A stretch of DNA of 63,583 bases, counting the filler, from Ministeria vibrans ATCC 50519 (taxonomy: Eukaryota > Protista > Filasterea): NCBI GenBank assembly GCA_943704425.1. It is 7 parts of 7 records of this genome, joined end to end, with 100 filler letters (N's around TTAATTAATTAA, not from the genome) between each part and the next. Parts side by side here need not be neighbours in the genome. Positions count along the whole stretch, not along the records: positions 1 to 29,700 come from CALSCP010002235.1; 6 more parts are not named here. One strand, 5' to 3'. The notes below the pieces were generated by a model that ran no database searches, was not told the origin of the DNA, and was given only the letters and a program-made list of their open reading frames with translations. Shown one piece after another: positions 1 through 11,900 of this stretch; within the stretch, counting starts at the first letter, position 1, and each line of letters starts with the position of its first letter. A program made the position numbers and the translations under genes.

Positions 1-277
1 GGGGCGGGGGCAGGGCAGGCAGGCGGGCGGCTGCAGGAGGGGCTGGAGAGTCGCGGTTGGGATGGAGAAGCAAAGGGAACTCAACGCTCAGAGCACATAC
101 CGGTTGCATCGGGATGTCAGCCTCCGTGTCTGGTGTTGCCCCGGAGCCTCTACTAATCATCGACCGCGGCGGCGCTTGTAGATTCAGCGACGCTTGTCGA
201 TTAATCTTGGACGGATTCTTGACGGGCTGGGCGCGCTCCTGCTGCGTAGTATCTTCCTTCGATCCACATCCTCCCAT
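1..277 (-). CDS. 5' end of a gene running off the window edge; N-terminally acylated Pro-rich protein (MGGCGSKEDTTQQ...)
   Basis: ATG at 277, frame open to base 1; MGxCxSK myristoylation/palmitoylation-type start, RQAS basophilic site, RLPALPPP. Not in ORF track because it has no stop in window. Confidence 0.6.
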   Translation of the reverse strand, partial: MGGCGSKEDTTQQERAQPVKNPSKINRQASLNLQAPPRSMISRGSGATPDTEADIPMQPVCALSVEFPLLLHPNRDSPAPPAAARLPALPPP

Positions 278-1107
278 TGTCGAGCGATGTCCCTATCACT
301 TTCCCGTGAGACTTGAAATTAAGTGCTAGTTTTTTCAACTTTTATTTTAATCTTTTTAAACTTTCGATCGCTACTTCTTATTTCTTTTTCTTTTCACTTT
401 GAACACGATGGTCTGATCATGACATCATGTAGTCAGTAGTTATCGTTAATTCGTGATCTGTCCCCTGTGCCTGGATTACGTGTGTGTTGTGACTTGTGAC
501 ATAGACAGAGAAGGAGGAATTTTTCGGAATTAAAACGATGATGATAAGAGTACTGTTGACATTGGGCTGAATGCACCCACAGGTGAGTAAGTGGCAGGCT
601 TGAGAAGCAAATAGTCTAACTTGAACGGTGTAATGTCACACTCTGCCCTCCTTGCAGTGGAGTTGATTGGATTGTCTGTAGCGAAGGGGGACATTTCTTG
701 TTTGTTTGTTTACCCTGCAAAAAATGGATTGCGCCCGAACTCAACGCTTATATTGTATGCCCCTGCCCGGACCATTAGAACATCGCGTGTGTGTCATTCA
801 ACGTGTGACCGCCCGCCCCCTCATGTCGCGGGTGCAGGTAACGACCAGCACTGTGCCCCCATACACACATACACACACACATTGGTCTGTACACTGTCTT
901 TCTTGTTGGATTCACCCATATGGATTATGGTGGGAATTGGGATATTCACGCATATACAATCGTACGCATACTACCAAGTTGCAAAGTACTCGTTTCCCCA
1001 ACGTACTATTACGGAACGACCTTTTAATCATGTATCCCTCTTTCTCCTCCTCCTCCTCCCCCATCGGGGTTTTCCCCTATCTCTGCCTCTCTTTTGTAAC
1101 ACATGTA

Positions 1108-1885
1108 TCATCTGGGGTGTGCCGTTGAAGTTGACTCTCCACTAGGCTCCTCGTCGGGCAGACCGTCGCCGGGCACGAGACGGCCCACTCGCGGGTACTT
1201 GTACGATAGAGAACGTTCCCACTCCCGCAACGACGTCATCTCTTCATCCGTAAGGCTGTCCAGTGGATCAGGTCCGTCGACAAGGGGCTTCACGTCGACC
1301 GGATCAGTGCTGACCTTGGCAAGTGCGCGACTGGCGTCGTGACCCGCAAAAATGTGGTATGGACCGCCCGGTCCATAAAATGCTCGACCGTTGCTCACAT
1401 CAAAGACATTGCCATCGATCGCCATGAGCAGTGGCTTTTCCTCGTCACGGCCGTCAAACTCAATCAGCTACAAAGAGAGTGCAGAGAATGAGACAAAATA
1501 TCATCTTATAATACAAAGGGACGACAGAAAACTGGCACCAACTCCGCAGGTGCTGTTAGTAGTGACATGTTACATCGCTTGCACGGTATGATGCTCCGAT
1601 GTGAAGAAGGATCCCTCTCCGAGAGAGGGACGGTGTGTCATGACACAGAACAAAAAAAAAAAAAACTCTTAGTCGCACCTCCTTCAACGTGTAATTCCTC
1701 GGCTCGGGCGGTGGTCGCCGAGTGACACTCTGACTGGGATGAATGGCCGGCGCGGGCGACAGGAGTTTCTTCAGCAAGTACAGGCAGAGAACCGACAGAC
1801 CAATGTTCACAGGTGACGAGGCGATCTCCCAAAATGCCCCCTTGGCGGTCTCCAAAATGCCATTGACGGAGTTCAGCGAGCTCAT
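1108..1885 (-). CDS. PGRMC: Membrane-associated progesterone receptor (PGRMC/Dap1 family, cytochrome b5-like heme/steroid-binding protein), 2 exons
   Basis: Exons 1885-1679 and 1467-1108 joined by GT-AG intron; N-terminal TM then YTLKE|LIEFDG...LMAIDGNVFDVSNGRAFYGPGGPYHIFAGHDASRALA...EWE...KYPRVGRL. Confidence 0.92.
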
Positions 1886-2128
1886 CCCCTCTCCCAACTG
1901 TAAGTCTCAAAGCAAATTGTGTGACTTTGGACTTAGGATTGGAATTGCCGATCTCAATACAGATTGCGATTTATTCATCTTCAAAGTTCACAAAGTACAA
2001 ACACAATAACACATTTTTGTATCTTCTGTTTTGTCGCATGTCCATGTTGAGAATAGCCGGCGTTTCATGCAATTAGATTGAAAGACCAGACCACCAAGAA
2101 TACCACCTGAGAAAACAAGAAAGACAAA
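1886..2128. promoter_or_regulatory. Probable bidirectional promoter between PGRMC and eIF5
   Basis: Divergent start codons only 243 bp apart. Confidence 0.55.
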
Positions 2129-3832
2129 ATGCTCAACGTCAACCGAAGCGTCGACGACCCGTTCTACCGGTACAAGATGCCGCGTGTCATGGCAAAAGTA
2201 GAGGGGCGCGGAAATGGAATCAAAACCGGTACGGTCGCGTGTGGGAGAGAGAGATGACACAAGTGCAAAAAAAAAGTTGTCCACGCGTTCACGCATCTTA
2301 TCAACATCCTCTTCGCCCCTCTGGATCGCGCTTAGCATCCATCGCACTCGATTGTCTTCTTAAACTCCTCTCTACTTTCCCAGCGTGCATTTCGTATTTT
2401 TGATGAGCGCGTCAAAAAAAGGTTTCTGCTTCTTCTTTCTCCTCACTCATTCCCTTGTCTTGCCGTAGTTTTGCCCAACATTGTGGACGTCTGCAAGGCT
2501 CTCTCTCGCTCGCCAGCCTACGCCACCAAGTACTTTGGCTACGAATTGGGTGCACAGACGATCCTTGACACGCGAAACGACGTACTAATATTATTAAAAT
2601 TAATAATAGTAATAATAATAATAATAATAAACTTGATTTTCTTTTAGAAATATGTTGTCAACGGCAGGCATGAGGCGGATCGATTGCAGGAGATTCTCGA
2701 CGGCTTTATCAAGTCGTATGTGCTGTGCAACGAGTGCTCCAACCCCGAGACGGTGCTCTCGGTGCGTCACGAAAAGATCAAGGCAGCCTGCAAAGCATGT
2801 GGCGCCACGAGCGAAGTGAACATGCGCCACAAACTGTCGACGTACATTCTACGCTTCCCTCCCGGCACCGACCCATCCTCCGTGGCGAGTGGCGGTCCAA
2901 AGAAAGAGCGACGTGGCAAGAAGGAGAAGGAACAGGCTGCGTTGGCGGCCGAGGCGGACGCTGCAGCTGCCGCCGTGCAACAGGCCTCGAACAAGCACGT
3001 GAAGAGCAAGGGCAAGAAGGCGGCCGAGGCCGAGGACGAAGACGACGGTGGAGACTGGTCGCTGGACACGAGTGCCGAGGCGGTGAGCAAGCGCAAGGCA
3101 GCCCTTGAGGCTGGTTTGGGCGCTGCCGCACGTCTCGCTGCCTCTGACGACCTGTCTCTCAGCGAGAACGAACGCATGGAGAAACTGTTCAACTTTGCGA
3201 AGCGTTCTCTCTCACCCGACGGCGGTGGCTTCTCGTCGCTGAAGGTCCACGCCGAGGCGCAGCGCCTCGACGTTGTCGACAAGGGGGCAGGTGTCTTGCT
3301 CGGCGCCATTTTCACGGCAGATATTCGCAAGGAGGTGCCACGCTTTCGCAAGCTTCTTTTGCGCTTTACACAAGCGAATGAAAAGAGTCAGCGCTACTTC
3401 ATCGGCTGCCTCGAACGCTTCTTGGTGGCGCACAAACTCACAGGCAAGACCCACCTTGTGCTCAAGGCCTTCTACGACGCCGACGTGCTCACGGAGGAAG
3501 TCCTTCTCGCCTGGTCCGACAAACACTCCAAGAAGTACGTCGACGCCGCCGACGCCAATCGCATTCACGAAGCGTCCAAGCCTTTCATCGATTGGCTGCG
3601 CGAGGCCGATGAAGAGGATGACGACGACGACGACGACGACGACGACGATGTCGTGCAGTTCACGACTGCCCCCACGAGCGAGCCCACGTCCACCTCGGCC
3701 ACCACTACCAGTGGCAGCATGCCGAGCGTGCCCTCCTCCAATGCTGCGACAGCGCCGCCAACCACCACAGTTGTGTCTGAGGCAGTGGCTGCCGTTGCGG
3801 ACGACGATGACTTTGACATTGATGACATTTAA
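2129..3832 (+). CDS. EIF5: Eukaryotic translation initiation factor 5, 3 exons
   Basis: [33 protein letters not shown]; [11 protein letters not shown]; CNECSNPET...CKACG zinc ribbon; W2 domain ([25 protein letters not shown]); ends DFDIDDI. Confidence 0.97.
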
Positions 3833-5936
3833 ACGTTTTCATTTTTTACTTTTATTAATTTTATTTTTTGTCGTCGTTTATTTTTTTTCTGAAGATTCCG
3901 CAAAAAAATTAGTCGCATACGTTGTTGCCAGTCGAAAGACAGACGTAAGTATATGAGTAGTGTAGTGATCAATCAAGTAGCTAATATAGTTGCGCACCTG
4001 TGTGTCACTCAAGGTTAGTTTGTTTTCACATAATTATAATTAATAATTAATAATAATAATAAGAATAATAATGCAAAAGTTGAAAGCAGTCACCACCGAC
4101 GCGCATGGGCACGTGTGTACTGTGTGGCGTGTGCATTGACTACAGAGTACTTTAAACGGTAGAGCGTGTCCGTCGTAGTTTATACATGCAAAGGTGCTCG
4201 AATCGAAGTCGGATCCTATAATTTCCCTAAATACTCTCCAAAGATTCTACCTTATTATCTAAAAAATTAAAAGAATAAATTTTATTTCATTTTTCTCTCT
4301 CTCTCTCTGCTCCGGATCCAGGCTATCTCTGACATCAAAGCCTCTCATTGTCATTGGTATGCACAGTTTGACCGTTCTCCAGGCAGTCGCAGCACGTCAA
4401 TCACCTTCCTTTGTCGAATGACCCTTTGCACGTCTGGAATGCCAACTTTTTGTGTCCACAGCGCTGCTGTCGTCTCTGCGACCCTTTCTCCTCACGCCCG
4501 CGCCCCCTCCTCTCTTTAAATCTTTTGCATACCCCATCCTACTGGTCACGAACCTGCGCATACCCTCTTGTCGTCCTGTTTCATCAAAGAACTCACAATG
4601 TTCTCCCAATCGCCCGAACTGTTCAAAGACACCCTCACCTACTTGCCATTGCCTCTGCTCTCCCGACATTGCTCACACAACATGACTTTGAGTTGTTTTG
4701 CATTGCGTGGCGTGCAAATCTCTCAACCGTTCACTAACCCTTGGCGTCTTGTCCATTTTAAAAAAAAAAAAAAAAACGAAGCCAAATTCCTACGCCCGCC
4801 GTGCGACTCCACGCCGCATGCGCCTCTTCCCATCCCATCACATCACCCCACGCTCTATTTACACACATTCGACGCTCCTCTTCTTGCTTTAAATCCTTTA
4901 CCAGCTCGCACGGATCGTCTGCGTCAGATTTTTACAAATTCCACAACGCGACGAAATTCCACACAAAAAATCTCTTCCCAAAAACATCCTGCGTCGCTTT
5001 GGCCAACTCCCTGTGCGTCAATGGTCCTCTAGCGTTCCATCGTATAGCCCACGCTTGACCTATCCGGGAAAGTCTCGGTCGTTTATGCTTCCATTGCGAA
5101 ACAACGACTTTTTGCTCTTTTTGAATACCTGAGGTGGATTGACGTACAACATTGAGCTCACCATTGCATGTTGTTTCCTTTCTCTTTTCTTCCGCATCAC
5201 AGACTTCCTGCTGGTTTGAGACTGCTACAGAGGGCGTACGGATCATTTAAGCGAGTCCGTAAGTTCTTTTTTCAACAAAGACACGATGACATATCGAAGA
5301 CATATCGCAGCTTCGCTCGCACACTCCCCATCGCGTTTGGCCCCTTTTCCACTCTCTTTTCACTGGAATATATGCTCTTGTTGCCCATCATCGTGCATAC
5401 CCCTGCCTTCCCGCATGATTGTCATCGTCGTTGTGTTTTTCATCAACTCAAAACACCTTTCGTGTAAATTTCTCGAGACATTCCGGAGATTCCGGAGCGC
5501 ATCTCGTTGTCCTCCGTTTACCTCGCTTCATATCTACCATTGTTTTGCTTTTAATATCTCTTTCAACACTCTATCCCCGCTGGAACAGTCGCAAAATCTC
5601 GATGTTGAGTGACAACTTGTTCTTTTTTTTTTCCTTTTTTTTCCTTTTTTCATTCCGTCTGACAATAATAATAATAATAATGAATTATTAATAATTATTA
5701 TAGTATTAATAATAATAATAATTATAAATTGCTCCTCCACCACTCCTCACAATAATAACTAGCACTACAGCTTCATTCCAAAAGGCTCTACACTCCCTTC
5801 CTTTAATTAAAATTTTTCCTCTCATCAAACAGACGTCGAGCTTTGAGCATTCAGAATAAGAGAAAATAATTAACTTTATTCTCTATAGGGACGACGAAGA
5901 AAAAAAAGAAACTTTTTGTTTTCCCTGTGAAGCGAC

Positions 5937-8900
5937 ATGATCAAAGCTGTGGTCATTGCAATGGTCCTTCTGGGACTGGCCGGCTCAAGCATGGCGGGCG
6001 AGTACGACTGCGCTTCAATGCCCTGCGTCAACGGTGCCACTTGCGTTGTTGACGTGTCCAATGTCGGCTACACCTGCGCCTGTCTGCCGGGCTTCACTGG
6101 TACCCACTGCGAGCAGGACATTGACGAGTGTCTCTCGACGCCCTGCTTAAATGGTGCCACCTGCGTCGATGGCCCAACCCCCGACACATACTCATGCACG
6201 TGTCAGGCCGGGTACACGGGAAACAACTGCCAGACGGACATCGACGATTGTGCCACGGGCCCTTGTGTCTTCGGCACGTGCGTCGATCAGGTCAATGACT
6301 TTCTGTGCACATGTTCCCCTGGCTACACGGGTACCACTTGTGCAGACAACATTGACGACTGCGCATGCAACCCGTGCGCCAACGACGGTACCTGTCTCGA
6401 CGGCATCGTCTCGTACGGCTGCCTCTGCGTCTCAGGTACCACTGGTACTCATTGCGAGACCAACGTGGACGACTGCGCCTCCAACCCATGTACACCGAGT
6501 CAGACTGAGTCGTGCGTCGACGGCCTCAACTCCTACGTGTGCCGCTGTCTGCCTGGCTTCACAGGCGTCCACTGCGAGTCTCACATCCTCGAGTGTGCCT
6601 CAAACCCGTGTATGCATGACTCCACCTGCGTCGACGGTCTCGACTCCTGGAGCTGCCTTTGTGGTCCCGGCTACGAGGGTCCCATTTGCGAGACCGAAAT
6701 CGACGAGTGCGCCTCCTCACCCTGTACCAACGGCGGTACTTGCACCGACGGTATCGCCTCCTACACCTGTTCATGCATTACAGGCTACGCTGGTGACGAG
6801 TGTGAGACCGAAATCAACGAGGTATATTTTTTCAAAAAAAATAATAAGAGATCAATAATACAAACTTGTCACTACTCTTTTTTTTTNNNNNNNNNNTTTT
6901 TTTTTAGTGCGCTTCAAGCCCGTGCAGCAACGGCGGCACTTGCAGCGAAGGATTCAACTCGTTTTCTTGCACTTGCCTCTCAGGTACTACCGGCGTCAAC
7001 TGTGAGGAAGACATCGACGAGTGTGACTCGAGCCCGTGCACCAACGGTGGTAGCTGCGTCGAGTCGGGTACCTTTGACAGCTACTCCTGTCTGTGCCATC
7101 TCGCCTACACTGGTACACACTGCGAGAACGAAATCATCGAATGCGATTCGTCGCCCTGCGTTGTCAGTCAAACTGAGTCGTGCGTCGAGAACCTGGGCTC
7201 GTTCACGTGCCGCTGCCTTCCCGGCTACACGGGCACCCAGTGCGAGTCTGAGATTGACGAATGTGCCTCGGCGCCATGCACAAATGGCGGTACCTGCACA
7301 GACGACATTGACCAGTACTCGTGTACTTGCGTCGCCGGTTTCCAGGGTACGCACTGCCAGGAGGACGTCGACGAGTGTGCGTCCAACCCATGTCAGAACG
7401 GTGGTACCTGCTCCGAAGGTTCCATGGCCAACTTTTGGGAGTGCACTTGCGCCGCTGGCTGGACCGGCACTACTTGCAGCATCGATATTGACCACTGTAC
7501 GTCGCTTCCATGCCAGCATGCCGGTACGTGCCTCAACAACCCCTGGGGCGATGGCTACGCGTGCGTCTGTGCCGCCGGCTACACCGGTTTGCACTGCGAG
7601 ACCAACATTGACGAGTGTACCTCCAACCCGTGCCACAATGGTGCAGGCTGCAACGACGGTGTCGCCTCGTACACATGCACTTGCACCACCGGCTGGACGG
7701 GCACCCACTGTGAAACTGACATTCCCACATGCATGATGTCCGACTGCCTCAACGGCGGCACTTGCGTCGAGGGAATCGGTGCAATGCCCAACTCGTGCAA
7801 TTGCGCCGCCGGCTACACCGGTGAAATGTGTGAATCGCTCATTGACGAATGTGCCTCGTCACCTTGTGCCTACGGTGCCGACTGCGATGAGGGTGTCTTC
7901 CGTCCCAACGTGCCCCAGCCCAACACCGTATTCAATCCCGTCGAGCTGTCCACGCCAGGCCCCGCTCGCATTGTCGGCTGGAATTTTACCGTTGCTCATC
8001 CCATGACACTCACGCATCTTGGTACTTACGATCACGACAGCGACGGCCTTGCCCACGATCACATTGTGACCCTTTGGCACTCCAACTCGTCCCTCATCAC
8101 CTCGGCAACCATCGGCATGTCGACCAGCATGATCCACAATGGCTTCCGCTTTGAGTCCATTCCGCCTCTCTCCCTCGAGGTTGGCGCCACTTACGTGCTC
8201 ACATCGCTCTACCCGACGGTCGCCTCAACCAACGACCTCTACGTTCGATACGGCAACCCTTTCCCCGCCACGACACGTTTCACCTTCCACTCGCGCCTCC
8301 TGTGCGTCAGCTATGGCGGCCCCATCTCCAACACCTTCCCCGCGTGCGACGACAGCGACGAGGCACTCGGTCGCTTCGGTCCCATGTTCATCGAGGGCAC
8401 CCCCGAACTGCCCATCGACTACTACCGTTGCAACTGCCCCGCTGGCCTCACTGGCATCAACTGTCAGATCAACCTCGACGACTGCACCTCGTCGCCCTGC
8501 ACCAACAGCGGTACTTGCGTTGACGGCATTGTCTCCTACACTTGCACCTGCCCCGTTGGCTATACCGGTATTCATTGCGAGGAGGACATGGACGAGTGCA
8601 TCTCCATGCCCTGCCAGAACGGCGCCACATGTTCGCCAGGCACCGCCTCCTTTTCGTGCATGTGCATGCCCGGCTACGCCGGCACGCTCTGCGACCAGGA
8701 CATTGACGAGTGTGCCTCGGACCCCTGCCAGTATGGCGCTACCTGCCACGACTTTGTGAACGGCTACACGTGCACCTGTCAGAGCGGCTACACCGGCACC
8801 ACGTGCCAGAACGACATCAACGAGTGCACCTCGTTGCCCTGTGCCAACGGCGGCACCTGCACCGAAGGTGACTCATTTGCCGTCGAAGTTGACGGCACCT

Positions 8901-11900
8901 CGGATGTGGTCGCGACGGGACACCCGCGCATGATTGGATGGACATTCACCACGGTCACTGACTTTACGCCTCGTCGCTTGTGCGTCTACGACAGCGGCCA
9001 AGACGGTCTCGCCGGGTCGCACACAGTCGGTCTGTGGACCGTCACCGGCGACGAAATTGCCTCAGTCACTGTCACCACCTCGTCACCGCTCTTTGGTCAG
9101 TTCCGCTGCGAGACCATTCCCAACTTGCCTGTCCTCGCCGCCGGCGAGCACTGCATTCTCGGAGCCTACTACAGCGGTGCAGGCCTGGGCGATGCCTACA
9201 TTCACGACGACTCACCCATCCCCCCGGTGGGCTCCGTCTTTACTTTTGTCGAGAGCTACGTGTGCCTCGATCTCAGCGCCAGCGGCTACGGTTTCCCGCT
9301 CTGCTCCGACTTTGAGACGACCGAGGGCAACTTTGGGCCGTACATTGAGTACACCATTGGAGCCGGCAATGCCGACCAGTTTGTCTGCGATTGCCCGCCT
9401 GGCTATTCCGACGCACAGTGCGCGACCAACACTGACGAGTGCTCGTCGGACCCCTGCATGAATGGCGCCACATGCCACGACGGCATCAACAGCTACACCT
9501 GCTCGTGTACACCCGGCTTTGTTGGCACCCATTGCGAGAGCGACATCATTGAGTGTGCCTCCACACCCTGCCAGAACGGCGCCACCTGCAACGAAATCAC
9601 ACCCGGCTCGTTCACGTGCTTGTGCAGCGCTGGCTACACTGGTGCTCAGTGTCAGGTGGACATCAACGAGTGCGCTTCGTCGCCCTGTCTTAACGGCGCC
9701 CCGTGCAGTCAGGGAACTGCCGCCAACTATTGGGAGTGTACATGCTTGCCGGGCTACACCGGCACCCAGTGCGAGACGGACATTGACGATTGCGCAGGGT
9801 CGCCCTGTCAAAACGGCGGTACCTGCAGCGATGGTGTCTTCACTTTTACATGCGCTTGCGTTCCTGGCTACACTGGCCCTACGTGCGCAACGGACATTAA
9901 CGAGTGCTCGTCGACCCCCTGCGCAAATGGTGGCAGCTGTTCCACTCCCATTGTGAATGCGTTCGAGTGCAGCTGCCCCCCAGGATACACTGGTAATGTC
10001 TGCCAGACGGACATCAACGAGTGTAGCTCGTTTCCCTGCCTCAACGGTGCCACGTGCAGCACTCCTCAAGCGGCAGCCTTCTCGTGTGCCTGCGCTCCCG
10101 GCTACACTGGCAACCAGTGCCAGACGGACATCAACGAGTGCGCGTCAAACCCGTGTCATAACGCGGGCACGTGCAGTCAGCCTGTGCCGGGCCAGCACAG
10201 CTGTACCTGTGTTGCGGGCTACACCGGCACTCTGTGCGATATTGACATTAACGAGTGCTCCTCATCCCCGTGCACCAACGGTGGCACTTGCAGCCAAGGC
10301 ACTTCCGTTGATTTCTGGGAGTGCACTTGCGTCGCCGGTTTCACCGGCACTCAGTGTGAGGTCGACATCGACGAGTGTGCGTCGTCGCCCTGCACCAACG
10401 GCGGTACTTGCGACGAGGGTAGCATGGCCAACTTCTGGCAGTGCACCTGTGTCGCCGGTTTCACTGGCACCCAATGCGAGAGCGACATTGACGAGTGTGC
10501 GTCGTCGCCCTGCACCAACGGCGGTACTTGTAACGAGGGTAACATGGCCAACTTCTGGCAGTGCACCTGTGTCGCCGGTTTTACTGGCACCCAATGCGAG
10601 AGCGACATTGACGAGTGTGCTTCTTCCCCGTGCACCAACGGCGGCACTTGCGACGAAGGTAACATGGCGGACTTTTGGCAGTGTACCTGCAGCGCAGGCA
10701 CCACCGGACAAAACTGTGAGACGGACGTGGTTGAGTGCGCGAGCACGCCATGCCAAAACGGCGGTTCTTGTCATGAGGACGCGGGCCTGGGCAGCTTTTA
10801 CTGTGTTTGCATCCCGGGCTTTACTGGGGTCGACTGTGCCATCAACATCAACGACTGTCTGTCGCACCCTTGCCGCAACGGTGGCACTTGTGTCGACCTT
10901 GTCAATTCCTTCCATTGCCAGTGCACCAGCCCTTGGGAAGGTGTCCTGTGCGAAAGCGAGGTTGACGAGTGCAACTCGAACCCGTGCGCCAACGGCGGAA
11001 CCTGTACCGATCTCTTTGATGCCTTCTCGTGTGCCTGCGTCAACGGTTGGGAGGGTGTGCAGTGCGAGTCGCAAGTCAACGAGTGCTCGTCGTCCCCCTG
11101 CTCCAACGGCGCCACTTGTACCGACTACTCGGTTGTGCCGCCCAACATGGACACGGGTTACTGGGTAGGCTACAGCTGTACCTGTGCCAGCGGCTTTTCG
11201 GGTGTCCATTGCGAGACAGAGCTTGACGAGTGCGAATCGTCGCCGTGTGTCAACGGTGCCACTTGCATTGACATGGTTGACGCTTTCTTCTGCTCGTGCG
11301 TCGCCGGCTTCACCGGTGCCCAGTGCGAATCAATCCACGACGAATGCTCGTCGTCGCCATGCGAGAACGGCGCCACGTGTCTCAATGCCAATGCGCCTTT
11401 CCTCTCCGACATGTTCTCCACCGAAGGCTACAACACCATTGCGATCCAATCGACAGGCGTCGTCAACCCCATGGGCGCACCGGTTCTCTGGGGCTGGGAC
11501 CACTTTGGCATGCGCACACTCTTCCCGACCACCGCCAACTACTGGCGTCATGTGCGCTCCGGCAACACCTTCACCTGTGGCATCACCAAGGCGAACGGCA
11601 CCGTCGAGTGCTACGGCAACCCGGTTGTGACCGGTGCGGTGCCCAGCGGTGTCTTCACCCAGTTGGACGCCGACTGGACTCACGTGTGCGGTCTGAAGAC
11701 GGACGGCAAAGTCGAATGCTGGGGTGAGGCGGGTCGCATCACGCCCTTTGAAAGCTTCAGCAACTTTAAGCAGATTTGCACGGGCGAGACCCTCTCATGC
11801 GGCATCCGTGAAGACGGCACCTCCTTCTGCGGACGCCGTCCCGACCTCATTGGCATGTCGGGTCTGCCTGACATCACACCGCCGGTCAACTCGGAGTACT

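Noticed and set aside
3900-5900. Short ORFs upstream of the EGF gene
   Set aside because: No coding bias or motifs; likely 5' UTR/intron/regulatory DNA.
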